Below, one piece after another: positions 1 through 9,202 of a stretch of DNA of 64,000 nt. The translations under genes were made by a program, and so were the position numbers. Below the pieces are notes generated by a model. That model was given only the letters and a program-made list of their open reading frames with translations, was not told the origin of the DNA and did not search any database. Source of the stretch: a virus; the IMG/VR virus record IMGVR_UViG_3300045988_159685; one strand, 5' to 3'. The stretch's first letter is position 1. Each line of letters opens with the position of its first letter.

Positions 1-503
1 CCATTACAAATCAAATACTCACTAAACCTAGGATCTATGTCATAATTATTCAATGTAGTTCTGTCACACTTTTTAAAATATGTTCCTTCCACATCAAACT
101 CTGAATTGGCTCTATCTGTATAACCATATGTATCAAATCCAATACATAATACACTTATATCATTGGTATACCAATTACCTCGATATAAAAGTAAATCGTT
201 TACAACACATAAGCAATGCTCGTTAGTAACTCCATAAGGAGCTCCCGATTTTCCAATAATAACGTCACCAATTTTAAATGGAAATTTATCGCCATCATCG
301 CAGTCACAGGACTCAAATATATCGACCCATCTATCAGCCAAATAACCATAACAAGTGCCAAATACATCATAACAAAACTGTTCTTTCAATCTTTTATATT
401 TCAAAACATCGTCAAAATCTATTATATATTTACGATGCTCAAAATGATCAATATGCTGGTCGTAGAACTCGCAAAGCAAATCTTTATGTCTTCTAAGTTT
501 CAT
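1..503 (-). CDS. hypothetical protein (3' end beyond window); N-terminus MKLRRHKDLLCEF relates it to the small paralog family
   Basis: Hand translation of the minus strand from ATG at 501-503 gives 167 sense codons open to nt 1. It is absent from the ORF track because it runs off the edge. It contains a KIGDVIIGKSG hairpin-like motif and overlaps the upstream gene by 11 nt. Confidence 0.5.
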   Translation of the reverse strand, partial: MKLRRHKDLLCEFYDQHIDHFEHRKYIIDFDDVLKYKRLKEQFCYDVFGTCYGYLADRWVDIFESCDCDDGDKFPFKIGDVIIGKSGAPYGVTNEHCLCVVNDLLLYRGNWYTNDISVLCIGFDTYGYTDRANSEFDVEGTYFKKCDRTTLNNYDIDPRFSEYLICN

Positions 504-828
504 CCACATTGTCAATACCTCTTAACTTACTCGGTTCTTCAAACAAATCTTTATGCCATCTTTTATCTGTAATCAAGCGTTTTGAACATTGGTTTTCTGC
601 GGAAAGCTTCCAATAACCAGAAAACGTACTATCATGTATTTTCACAATTTTACCACATAAAATATCCATGTCTCCACCTAAAATGCCATAGTCATTCAGA
701 TTACGTATATAATCATCTGTATTTCCGTATTCATAGTCATCGTCATATATGTCTGAGTCAAAACTATATTCACAACATAAATCCTTAAATCTCCTAATGC
801 GAACTTTGTCACCACTATTTAATATCAT
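493..828 (-). CDS. small paralog family member (GDKVRIRRxKDLxCEY family), function unknown
   Basis: 111-aa ORF with RBS-like AGGTGA upstream of the ATG. The N-terminus MILNSGDKVRIRRFKDLCCEY matches six other ORFs in the arm. Confidence 0.65.
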   Translation of the reverse strand: MILNSGDKVRIRRFKDLCCEYSFDSDIYDDDYEYGNTDDYIRNLNDYGILGGDMDILCGKIVKIHDSTFSGYWKLSAENQCSKRLITDKRWHKDLFEEPSKLRGIDNVDET

Positions 829-836
829 GATATCAC

Positions 837-2423
837 CTACTCATTCTCTGTAAGATATTCAGATTTATTAATATTTGAACTCCAAATAACTATTTCTTGA
901 TTTTCAGCAGTGTTGCCTGTTAATGAATTTGTAGAGGTTAGCCATTCCCCATTAAATAGGCTTTTCACGCCAGCTCCAATCTTAATCAAAGACAGGTTTG
1001 ATCCATACCTGTTGCAAGCATTGCGGAAGTTCATATAATCAGGAAAATTAAGATAATGCTCGCCGCTTATTACAAGACCTGACTCTTTTTTAACTGGCGT
1101 ATCTGAAATATCTATACCAACTTCAGAAAGTATCGAATTGAAACTTGCATTTACCGATTCATCTGTATAAATATTGCATGCAGGATACATTCTTGACTGA
1201 ACATATTCTGTATGATCCTTATTTATCATAAATAACTGCCTAAATATTTTATCGTTCTTATAGTAATCATTGTCAGAACAATTTTTATCAAGCCCATATG
1301 TAATAACGGTTACATCATCATTTGCATATGATAAACATCCAGCGTGCCAACCACCACGATTTTTAAAACTGTGACACGATGACCAACTGTTGCCATGTGA
1401 CATTGTAACAAAATCACATATATTTAGTGATACTACAAATTTAACCTGTAGAGGCCTTAAAGCCATGGCATCAAAACATTTTGCCGAGGCTTTGTTATAC
1501 TCCGTCCTATCGGCTAATTTGAATTTTTTCATAATTGCATTTATATTTCTACTAGCCTTTGCATTGACATTCATATCATCGTCATTTAAGCCGATTCTAT
1601 TTAAGTATTCTTTTATATTTCTATATGAGGATTCAACAAAACGAATACAATTGTCAACCGATTTGTAACTATACGAACTTGAAACTATAGCTGCTATGTA
1701 ATCATATACTGACAAGGTTTGACGTGAAAATACAGGTGATTCCGCAGACATTGTTTGGAATAATTCGCGAGCCGCAAACGCAACTACGTTATTATCTACA
1801 TTACGATTGATTGGCAAGTCAATGGCAATACATTTTTCTTTATCATTCCACTGCGGATGTTCTCTAAACAATGCAATTAAATCCTTTTTGGCTTCATACC
1901 AAGTTTTAAATTCGTTATAAATGTATTTATCTTTTGCCTGAGGATAATAGGTCTTTATTAATTTGTAGAAACAATCATAATTATACTTAAGATTGGAGTC
2001 CATCCAATCGGCGTTTTCTTCAATTGGTTCTTCAACAAATTTATAAGCTTTAAATGAGAGACTGCCATCAGAATAAATATACGGACGCCTTTTAAGTACA
2101 CCGTCCTGATAATATGAAAAAGTCTTTCTGCCAGATCCATATACAACAACTTTTTTATTTGTTCTACTAAGAATAACTGCGTCACCTGGAAGAAGTAACC
2201 TTGTATGCTGACCAGTAATGAAAACATATTTGTCCCCTAATATCTCATGCCCAAATACTTCTGCATCATACCATCGTCGAGCTACTATTTGTTTAGTTGC
2301 ATCAATGATAAGTGGTTTTTTAAAGTTTCCAATAAGTTTTGATTCACCAACTGTTACATATTCATCATTTTCATTTTTTTCAATATCATAGCCATAAACA
2401 CGTCCACAAAGTCTTATATACAT
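837..2423 (-). CDS. large Cys/His-motif protein, paralog A (function unknown)
   Basis: 528-aa ORF with RBS AAAGGAAG. It shares the blocks REHPQWNDKEKC / RKHPNWDEKNLC and SLNICDFVTMSHGNSWSSCH..WHAGCLSY / SVNPCDFLKMSYGEGWDSCH..YHAGTQSY with 5011-6897. Confidence 0.7.
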   Translation of the reverse strand: MYIRLCGRVYGYDIEKNENDEYVTVGESKLIGNFKKPLIIDATKQIVARRWYDAEVFGHEILGDKYVFITGQHTRLLLPGDAVILSRTNKKVVVYGSGRKTFSYYQDGVLKRRPYIYSDGSLSFKAYKFVEEPIEENADWMDSNLKYNYDCFYKLIKTYYPQAKDKYIYNEFKTWYEAKKDLIALFREHPQWNDKEKCIAIDLPINRNVDNNVVAFAARELFQTMSAESPVFSRQTLSVYDYIAAIVSSSYSYKSVDNCIRFVESSYRNIKEYLNRIGLNDDDMNVNAKASRNINAIMKKFKLADRTEYNKASAKCFDAMALRPLQVKFVVSLNICDFVTMSHGNSWSSCHSFKNRGGWHAGCLSYANDDVTVITYGLDKNCSDNDYYKNDKIFRQLFMINKDHTEYVQSRMYPACNIYTDESVNASFNSILSEVGIDISDTPVKKESGLVISGEHYLNFPDYMNFRNACNRYGSNLSLIKIGAGVKSLFNGEWLTSTNSLTGNTAENQEIVIWSSNINKSEYLTENE

Positions 2424-2478
2424 TTTTTATACTTCCTTTCGGTATTATTTACCGCATAGCATATACGGCATTGGCGGA

Positions 2479-2802
2479 TTAAACCGCCCTGCTCGCCTTG
2501 ATTTTATCATTGGCAATTTTAAATATTTTGAGGTAATATTCCAACCTTGCTTTTTTAATTTCATTATCGCCACACCATCGCATCTGCTTTTCAAGCTCAA
2601 TTATTAATTGAGGTATCGTGTAATTATCTTTTATAGTATTACAGTCGTGGCAGCATACAACTAAATTACTGACCTCGTCTTTACCACCTTTTGATACAGG
2701 TATGATATGGTCAAGCGTTTTATCTGATTTGATATACTTCCCACAATAAAAGCAGAAATCAGAATCTACCTCTTTGCGTACTTGTTCTGTGTAGTTTCGC
2801 AT
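2479..2802 (-). CDS. HNH endonuclease (small, free-standing)
   Basis: CFYCG..LDHIIPVSKGG..SNLVVCCHDCNTIK gives a CxxC / H-N-H / CxxC pattern. The start is placed at ATG 2802, directly after the terminator hairpin. In-frame ATGs at 2844, 2877 and 2904 are alternatives. No clear RBS. Confidence 0.7.
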   Translation of the reverse strand: MRNYTEQVRKEVDSDFCFYCGKYIKSDKTLDHIIPVSKGGKDEVSNLVVCCHDCNTIKDNYTIPQLIIELEKQMRWCGDNEIKKARLEYYLKIFKIANDKIKASRAV

Positions 2803-2807
2803 ATAAT

Positions 2808-2838
2808 AAAAAAAAAGAGGGCGACTAACGCCGCCCTC
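2808..2838 (-). terminator. rho-independent terminator after 2849-3565
   Basis: The minus strand reads GAGGGCG-GCGTTAGT-CGCCCTC followed by T9. Confidence 0.6.
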
Positions 2839-2848
2839 GTACATGTTG

Positions 2849-3565
2849 TTATCTAATGCCTCTGCTGTCGATTTCATGATTGATGAATTTCTGCAAATCA
2901 TCATATGTCATAGCGGCAATAGTATCATCGAGACCATACTCATCGTCACATGTTGACACTGGGTAAATCTTGTTTGCCTCGCAGATCATCTGATCAACAT
3001 TGCAATAATCGTCGCCATACTTTGTAGGATTGTCAACCGCAGTTCTATAAACCTCTACAATATCATAGTCGCTATTTGACACATGCTCCAGGGTGTCATT
3101 GTCAAACTTGGAAAGCCATGTAAAGCTGTTATTAGCTGTATGATATCTAACAATATCGCCGAACTCTGCGCCCTTAAATACTGTAGACCTCTTGCCGTTT
3201 CTATGAACAAGCATATCACCTGTTTTAAGGGAGTCGATTGTTATATCGTCGCCGTTAGCCTCGGCTGTAGCTCTGTCGTAAACAACTGTGCCGTACTCCA
3301 GCATCTTAAGTGGATTAAAAACAAGGTCGCCAATCTTATTGCTTGCAACGCCTATAGCACGATAAACCTTAACAATTGTCAGTCCATCTGCTCTCTTGTT
3401 TGTCATATCTGAATTGTAGTTTACGCCGAGTCTTGAGAATGAATTAAACTCAGTATGGAAGCGAAGCACATCTTCTCTAGCTGTGCCCTTCATAACTGTT
3501 GCCATCTTACCGTTTGCACATATAACGAGGTCGCCTGTCTTAAGATTAGAAATTGTAAATGTCAT
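2849..3565 (-). CDS. tandem-repeat protein (two ~115-aa repeats, each starting LKTGD(L/M)V..NGK), function unknown
   Basis: RBS AAGGAGA lies 7 nt before ATG 3565, so the ORF-track start 3649 is rejected. Internal duplication: ISNLKTGDLVICANGKMATVMKG..RFHTEFNSFSRL..IVKVYR versus IDSLKTGDMLVHRNGKRSTVFKG..RYHTANNSFTWL..IVEVYR. Confidence 0.65.
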   Translation of the reverse strand: MTFTISNLKTGDLVICANGKMATVMKGTAREDVLRFHTEFNSFSRLGVNYNSDMTNKRADGLTIVKVYRAIGVASNKIGDLVFNPLKMLEYGTVVYDRATAEANGDDITIDSLKTGDMLVHRNGKRSTVFKGAEFGDIVRYHTANNSFTWLSKFDNDTLEHVSNSDYDIVEVYRTAVDNPTKYGDDYCNVDQMICEANKIYPVSTCDDEYGLDDTIAAMTYDDLQKFINHEIDSRGIR

Positions 3566-3689
3566 AAAAATATCTCCTTTTAAATGTTTTAATATTAGTG
3601 TCATTTGAATTGATATGTAGCGCTTTTTATTCTGGTGGACTACGACCATGAATAATCATGTTTATCACCCCCTCCGTTCGTCGTTAGAC

Positions 3690-5009
3690 TTATTTACATA
3701 TCGCAACAGAAATTTCACTTTCTGGTTTGAAAGTTTCACAATCTGTCTCGTCGTTTGCTTCTCCCGGATACATTGCGTCGAGGAGTATCATCATAAAATC
3801 ATCACTAAGATTTGTGCAATATGTCATATCATAAATTGACAAATTCATTATATAGTCATTTATTTTTTCTATATTTTCATAAAACGCCCAAGGCATTTCC
3901 ATTGAATCCTCTTCGCGATAACTTATTAGATCGCCTTTATCATCAACCAGTTTATACTGTTCTTGTAAAGGATAATATAGAGCTGTATCTTCATCAAGGC
4001 CATATATTGTGCCGTCTTTATCAATCACATATTCATCCAGTGATTCAGTTGGCTTACTATCTGGCTCATTAAAGTTCTTTAAATAAACCTTGCTGTTTGG
4101 CACGCAAAGTTTCTTGTGAAAAATGCTACTATAAAGATCTAAGCCTAGCTGCGGTTCTTCGTCATAGAAATCGCTGACTGAATTTTTTGCTTTGCCGCCG
4201 CCATAATAATCCTCAATTTTAAACTGTCCATCTTTGTCATCGCTTTTTTGTTTTTTAATGTCATTACTGGCACTATAAAAATCATAGCCGTAATATCGCC
4301 CATAAAGGCCTGAATAATCATACTTGATTTTAACCTTTTCAATGTATTCATATCTTGGCGTTTCAGTATTGATGAGCACCATTGCACGCTTGATATTATT
4401 CTCAACATCTTCAAGGTTAATATATTCGTGCTGGGTATGAGGTGAATAGTACCCACTCGACAGATTAACGGCTGCAACCTTTAAATGCGGCGCAACGTGG
4501 CTTATATCACTACAACTACCCCATGCACTTTTGAAACCAACATCTGGATTTGTAATAAATTTTTCAAATTCATCATTATCACAATCGTAAAACACGGCGT
4601 CGTTTCCACTTTTTCTGTCAAACTCGATAATATAATTGAGTTTTTCTGGTACATATGAGGATTTGCAAAATTTTCTGGCTCCAACGCAACCAATTTCTTC
4701 ATCCTCGGTGAAGATTACTGAGCAATGAACGTCTTTGACAATTTGTAATATCATATAGATACCACAACGGTCATCACCTCCGATACCCTGTGGTGACATT
4801 ATATACTTGCCGTCTTCGGAAACGCACACAATCGTACAGTTATCATGATGTACGGTATCCATATGTGCCATTAGTAATACTGGATGCGTACCCTCTGCAT
4901 ATATGTAGCCGTCTTCATTTACAGGCGAATAACCTAAATTTTGAAGTTCTACAAAAAGCCTTTCTTTAAGCTTATCCTGTGGTAGTTTGCAAATCTCAAT
5001 AATATTCAT
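3690..5009 (-). CDS. M20 (peptidase T-like) dinuclear metallopeptidase domain fused to a ~220-aa C-terminal region of unknown function
   Basis: Motifs MAHMDTV, GIGGDDRCG, FTEDEEIGCVGA and SSGYYSPHTQHE resemble the PepT/M20 metal ligand blocks (H-D-E-E/D-H). RBS AGAGGTGG. Confidence 0.6.
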   Translation of the reverse strand: MNIIEICKLPQDKLKERLFVELQNLGYSPVNEDGYIYAEGTHPVLLMAHMDTVHHDNCTIVCVSEDGKYIMSPQGIGGDDRCGIYMILQIVKDVHCSVIFTEDEEIGCVGARKFCKSSYVPEKLNYIIEFDRKSGNDAVFYDCDNDEFEKFITNPDVGFKSAWGSCSDISHVAPHLKVAAVNLSSGYYSPHTQHEYINLEDVENNIKRAMVLINTETPRYEYIEKVKIKYDYSGLYGRYYGYDFYSASNDIKKQKSDDKDGQFKIEDYYGGGKAKNSVSDFYDEEPQLGLDLYSSIFHKKLCVPNSKVYLKNFNEPDSKPTESLDEYVIDKDGTIYGLDEDTALYYPLQEQYKLVDDKGDLISYREEDSMEMPWAFYENIEKINDYIMNLSIYDMTYCTNLSDDFMMILLDAMYPGEANDETDCETFKPESEISVAICK

Positions 5010-5010
5010 A

Positions 5011-6897
5011 TTAGTCCACCTCTTTTATTCCATCAATATCAACTATACATACATACTTGTCGTCAACATTAAGTGCACATAACGTATGTTCAGCACCATC
5101 GTACATCCACTTAAAAGTTTTTATTATTGTTCCAAAAATATTAAGATCATAGTAGCATTCACAAGCTTTTCTATCAAAAAGCTGTAATGTTGGAAACATC
5201 TCTTTTGCACTAAGAAAACGTATAAAAATTAAACCCTTTTTTGAAACAAAAACTTTTTTGCCAGCAATAAGTTTCTTTTCACGGCAATCTTTACACAATC
5301 CGTCAACTAACGAATTGTTACCATAAAACGCTTGATGACAACAATTACATTTATGAACACGATGCGGGGCATATAAAACATCATGTTCTTCGTCGTAACC
5401 CGCATAATTATCTACTTCTCTTACATAAAAATACTCATTGGTAATATCGTCAATAAAAAATGCCTCCTGTGTGCTCCAATCTTCCCCCTCATCACAATCG
5501 TCGCATATCATATTTCCTGAATTGCAAAGTTCATCGCCGCATTTCAAACACCAAGAACTATGCCCAATTGTAATATCATCGCCATCCCATATACTATCAA
5601 AAGCGTACAGATTAGTATTGTATTGCTCATAATTATAGTCTGGATAATGCAATGAGTTTTCCGCCGCGCAGATATGACTATGATCCACTTTTCTATACTC
5701 GTTTTTTATACCAAGACAATTGGATATTGCTTGCGAAACAAAATATGTATAAGTTGCGTCGCGCTGAGGTAACTTATAATTTGGATAGTTACGAGATTGC
5801 AATAGAAGCCCGTTCTGAAAACAATAAATCTGTCTTGTCAGCTTGTTGTTTTCCCATGGCTCGCCTACATATTGGTTTGACAAAGTATAAAAAATCATGC
5901 TCGAAGAATCCATTATATAAGACTGCGTTCCTGCATGATAACAACCGTGGTGCCCTACATGGTGACATGAATCCCATCCCTCACCATATGACATTTTTAG
6001 GAAGTCGCATGGATTTACTGAGAGTATTGCCACCTGCGTGTTTTTTAATGGGTTTACGGCATCGGCAATCACCGCAAAATCGTGATTGTAGTTTGGGTAT
6101 TTATCAAGTCCCATATCTACAAAAATCTTGTTAAGTTCACGAGAATACTTGGCCCCAACGGTCATATGTACGCCAACCGCCTCATACCTTTCTTTTATCT
6201 CCTTAGTAACAAACTGCTGTGGTTGGGTACACTGCACACCATCCCACATTATGTCTAATTGTTTGTCTGTCAGATACATACCGTTTTCACGGCAATTATG
6301 GTAAAATTCTTTACAAGCTTTAAGAAAGTCGTTACCGTCCTTTACACGAGTTTCTTCTACCTCACCTTTAATGCAAAGATTTTTTTCATCCCAATTAGGA
6401 TGTTTCCTCAATATAGAAAGCAGTTCTGCTTTGTTTGTAAAGAATTCATTAACGATATCGACAATAACGTCTTTATTATACTCGTAGCTTGCATCGTCAA
6501 GAATACTGCACATATTATTTACAATATCCATGCGTTCACAAGAACCCTGTGGTTCTTTTTCATGAGGCTTCATTGGAGCAAAAAACGTAAGCTCATCAGC
6601 TTCAGGTGAAATATAATGATATAAAGCCGATTCACCATTATTTTTTTCATATGTAAATGTTGCCGTAGAATCAATAACGTGTTTGGCTATTTTACATACC
6701 TTAACTTTTCTGCCGTTCTTACGCAGAACGATAGTGTCACCAATCTCAAAGAGGTTTTCACTAAGTTCACTGCGGTTATAGATTTCTCCCGACATCATAT
6801 AAACTTCGTCGCCTGCTATCTTCCTTATTCTGCCGATATACTCTCCACAACGAACAAGCTCAAATCTTCTTAATGTTTTAAATTTTTCTTCCGTCAT
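5011..6897 (-). CDS. large Cys/His-motif protein, paralog B, with Cys-rich (CxxC-rich) C-terminal extension
   Basis: 628-aa ORF with RBS AAGGAG. Conserved blocks shared with 837-2423. The C-terminus carries CLKCGDELCNSGNMICDDCDEG and CNCCHQ..CKDC clusters. Confidence 0.7.
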   Translation of the reverse strand: MTEEKFKTLRRFELVRCGEYIGRIRKIAGDEVYMMSGEIYNRSELSENLFEIGDTIVLRKNGRKVKVCKIAKHVIDSTATFTYEKNNGESALYHYISPEADELTFFAPMKPHEKEPQGSCERMDIVNNMCSILDDASYEYNKDVIVDIVNEFFTNKAELLSILRKHPNWDEKNLCIKGEVEETRVKDGNDFLKACKEFYHNCRENGMYLTDKQLDIMWDGVQCTQPQQFVTKEIKERYEAVGVHMTVGAKYSRELNKIFVDMGLDKYPNYNHDFAVIADAVNPLKNTQVAILSVNPCDFLKMSYGEGWDSCHHVGHHGCYHAGTQSYIMDSSSMIFYTLSNQYVGEPWENNKLTRQIYCFQNGLLLQSRNYPNYKLPQRDATYTYFVSQAISNCLGIKNEYRKVDHSHICAAENSLHYPDYNYEQYNTNLYAFDSIWDGDDITIGHSSWCLKCGDELCNSGNMICDDCDEGEDWSTQEAFFIDDITNEYFYVREVDNYAGYDEEHDVLYAPHRVHKCNCCHQAFYGNNSLVDGLCKDCREKKLIAGKKVFVSKKGLIFIRFLSAKEMFPTLQLFDRKACECYYDLNIFGTIIKTFKWMYDGAEHTLCALNVDDKYVCIVDIDGIKEVD

Positions 6898-6915
6898 TTT
6901 AAGACACTCCTTTTT

Positions 6916-7146
6916 TTATTTACCCATTAGAGGCATTACAAATTTAATAAATGTTATAGGATTAACATTTTGTCTTTCACATTCAGATATGATATCTTCC
7001 ATGTGCGTTGTTTTTGGTCTACATTTCGCTATTCGTTTCATAATGTAACGAAAAAGCAAATAGGTATGCGGGCTATTAATTTCCTTTATTTTTTCAAGCA
7101 AATCCAGGTATCGCTTAAAAAAGAAAACACTTTTTTCCAACCTCAT
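6916..7146 (-). CDS. hypothetical protein (76 aa)
   Basis: ORF with strong RBS AGGAGGTG. Confidence 0.5.
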   Translation of the reverse strand: MRLEKSVFFFKRYLDLLEKIKEINSPHTYLLFRYIMKRIAKCRPKTTHMEDIISECERQNVNPITFIKFVMPLMGK

Positions 7147-7164
7147 ATATTCACCTCCTAAAAA

Positions 7165-7425
7165 TTAAAGCGCTCTGCCGTCAAGGGATTCAAGCATGTA
7201 TAAATCAAAGACATAGTCATAATTAATGCCGAGTAAGTATCCATCATAACCATCAAAATCGTCTTCAAAAGCATCTATCGTGGTTTCTTCGCCACAAAAA
7301 TTATACATGTAACCAGCAAATGTATGTCCTACCTCAATTGCCCCATTTTTATCGTGTGGTTCTACAAACTCACACAATAAATCTTTGCACCGCCTAATCC
7401 GAACCCTATCTCCAATTTTAGTCAT
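7165..7425 (-). CDS. small paralog family member
   Basis: MTKIGDRVRIRRCKDLLCEF..FCGEE..LYMLESLDGRAL; RBS AGGAGA. Confidence 0.7.
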   Translation of the reverse strand: MTKIGDRVRIRRCKDLLCEFVEPHDKNGAIEVGHTFAGYMYNFCGEETTIDAFEDDFDGYDGYLLGINYDYVFDLYMLESLDGRAL

Positions 7426-7440
7426 ATCATCATCTCCTAT

Positions 7441-7737
7441 TTAATTTTCAGCAATAAGGCTACCGTCAAGGCGTTCTAACATATATGCGTTAAAATTGAA
7501 ACTGCACGCTTCATCTATACGAAAAATGTCATAACTTCCATCTATCAGAAACAGATTAATTATTTTGTGTTCCTCTCCACAGTATTTGCACATGGCGTCA
7601 ACAAAAGAACTATCCTTCTCAATTAAGATACCCCAATTACCAAACATTTCAACGCCGTCATACATTTCGATGTCTATATATTCACAGGCTAAATCTTTTA
7701 GTCGTCTAACCCTGATTTTGTCTCCAACTTGCAACAT
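7441..7737 (-). CDS. small paralog family member
   Basis: MLQVGDKIRVRRLKDLACEY..YCGEE..AYMLERLDGSLIAEN; RBS AGGAGG. Confidence 0.7.
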   Translation of the reverse strand: MLQVGDKIRVRRLKDLACEYIDIEMYDGVEMFGNWGILIEKDSSFVDAMCKYCGEEHKIINLFLIDGSYDIFRIDEACSFNFNAYMLERLDGSLIAEN

Positions 7738-7752
7738 ATCACCGCCTCCTAT

Positions 7753-8052
7753 TTAATTTTCAGCAATAAGACTGCCATCGAGATGTTCTAACATATACGC
7801 GTTCAAATTGAAAGGACATTTATACGCAGAAAAAACGGCACAACCTCTATATGGAGAATGGCGCGAATTTATTACGAGCTCCTGCCCACAAAAGACACAC
7901 ATGCTATCAATAAAAAAGCTTCCTTTGTCAATCAGAGCTATACATTCGCTACCAGTTCCGGATCCGATTAGTTTATACCTTTCAATATTCATGTGTTCAC
8001 AGGCTAAATCTTTTAGTCTTCTAACTCGAACTTTGTCACCCACCTGTATCAA
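7753..8052 (-). CDS. small paralog family member (TTG start)
   Basis: RBS AGGAGGTGG lies inside the ORF-track N-terminus and is followed 7 nt later by TTG at 8052. The product (M)IQVGDKVRVRRLKDLACEH..FCGQE..AYMLEHLDGSLIAEN is closely related to 7441-7737. Confidence 0.65.
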   Translation of the reverse strand: MIQVGDKVRVRRLKDLACEHMNIERYKLIGSGTGSECIALIDKGSFFIDSMCVFCGQELVINSRHSPYRGCAVFSAYKCPFNLNAYMLEHLDGSLIAEN

Positions 8053-8084
8053 AACAGTACCACCTCCTATCAAATAAATAATTG

Positions 8085-8558
8085 TTAAAGATTAAAGTTA
8101 AACTTAATCATTTTATCATTAAACCAATTACATAATTTTATATATTTAGTTATGTCATAAAGCATAATCTGATTATATTCACAATTATAATGGTCAATAA
8201 AATCAGGAATATATCTTAGCCTAAAATCATCTGGGGTAATTTGATATAAGCCTCTGCCATAAAAATCATTGCCCTTTATCTTATACCCACAAAGCATACT
8301 TATAAAAGAGTAAGTATCTTCATTATTAATCCATACGACCTTTTCTGTTGAAAGCCTATCTTTTATAGTGTGAAGTGCAAGTGTTTTATGCCAAGTCAAA
8401 ACGGCTCCTACATTAACTGTATTATCTGTTATTGTAGGAGTGAATATAAGGAATTCTCTACAAGCGGGGTTTGTTTTATATTCTTCTTGTATAGCTCTTT
8501 CACGATTGGTATATGTAGTTCCGTTTGTAATTGTATAGGCATGGGTTTCTTTTAGCAT
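8085..8558 (-). CDS. hypothetical protein (157 aa)
   Basis: ATG at 8558 is preceded by AGGGAGG. The ORF-track start at 8567 is a TTG inside the RBS spacing. Confidence 0.55.
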   Translation of the reverse strand: MLKETHAYTITNGTTYTNRERAIQEEYKTNPACREFLIFTPTITDNTVNVGAVLTWHKTLALHTIKDRLSTEKVVWINNEDTYSFISMLCGYKIKGNDFYGRGLYQITPDDFRLRYIPDFIDHYNCEYNQIMLYDITKYIKLCNWFNDKMIKFNFNL

Positions 8559-8588
8559 ATAATACAACCTCCCTTATAGTTTTATCAT

Positions 8589-8912
8589 CTACACCCATAA
8601 TTGATTATCCAACTCTTCCAAATCTTCTTCAGTATATTCTCTAACGTTTTTTCCACATCTTTCAAACATATATTCTGCAAAGGCAAAAGGCAATTCTCGA
8701 CCACAATTAGTTTCAAGCCTATAAATATTATGATTGCAGAAGTAAAAATCCTTTATAAAGAATTCTTTTCCGCAATATGGAATCATGCTTTTGATGAAAT
8801 GAATATATCCGAAAATCAATGCGTTACCACAATACTGTGGAGACGGAGTTTCAAACTCGCACCGCATATCCTTAAGAGATCTTATTCGCACTTTGTCGCC
8901 TATCTGATACAT
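8589..8912 (-). CDS. small paralog family member
   Basis: MYQIGDKVRIRSLKDMRCEF..YCGKE..EYMFERCG; RBS AGAGGTGA. The 5' end lies in a 45-bp perfect repeat. Confidence 0.7.
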   Translation of the reverse strand: MYQIGDKVRIRSLKDMRCEFETPSPQYCGNALIFGYIHFIKSMIPYCGKEFFIKDFYFCNHNIYRLETNCGRELPFAFAEYMFERCGKNVREYTEEDLEELDNQLWV

Positions 8913-8932
8913 TAAAAATCACCTCTTTTCAA
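8888..8932. repeat. 45-bp perfect direct repeat, copy 1
   Basis: gcactttgtcgcctatctgatacattaaaaatcacctcttttcaa is identical at 9158-9202 (period 270 nt). It spans the first codons, RBS and upstream stop of adjacent paralogs. Confidence 0.9.
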
Positions 8933-9182
8933 ACATATATTCCTCAAAAGTAGATAAAAGAGGGGCTCTATTTATGGTTTCAAGTAGATAACATTTACGC
9001 CCATCCACATATCTTAGTTGACGAATATGATATTGCTGCCCACAAAAAATAACCATGTACTTTAAAAAACCTGTCCCTTTTCTTATTAATAAATTCCCAA
9101 CATAGTACGGCGGCATCGTTTCATATTCACACAGCATATCTTTTAAACGCCTCATTTGCACTTTGTCGCCTATCTGATACAT
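8919..9182 (-). CDS. small paralog family member
   Basis: MYQIGDKVQMRRLKDMLCEY..FCGQQ..EYMFEKR; same RBS as 8589-8912. Confidence 0.7.
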   Translation of the reverse strand: MYQIGDKVQMRRLKDMLCEYETMPPYYVGNLLIRKGTGFLKYMVIFCGQQYHIRQLRYVDGRKCYLLETINRAPLLSTFEEYMFEKR

Positions 9183-9202
9183 TAAAAATCACCTCTTTTC
9201 AA
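9158..9202. repeat. 45-bp perfect direct repeat, copy 2
   Basis: Identical to 8888-8932. Confidence 0.9.

Noticed and set aside
216-572. Plus-strand ORFs 216-572 and 278-496
   Set aside because: They are antisense to a better-supported minus-strand CDS (1-503) that carries the family motif. They have low-complexity AT-rich codons and no RBS.
2802-2904. Longer N-terminal extension of the HNH ORF (track start 2904)
   Set aside because: The extension overlaps the end of the upstream gene and would read through a strong terminator hairpin (2808-2838). It has no RBS. I prefer the shorter start but flag it as uncertain.
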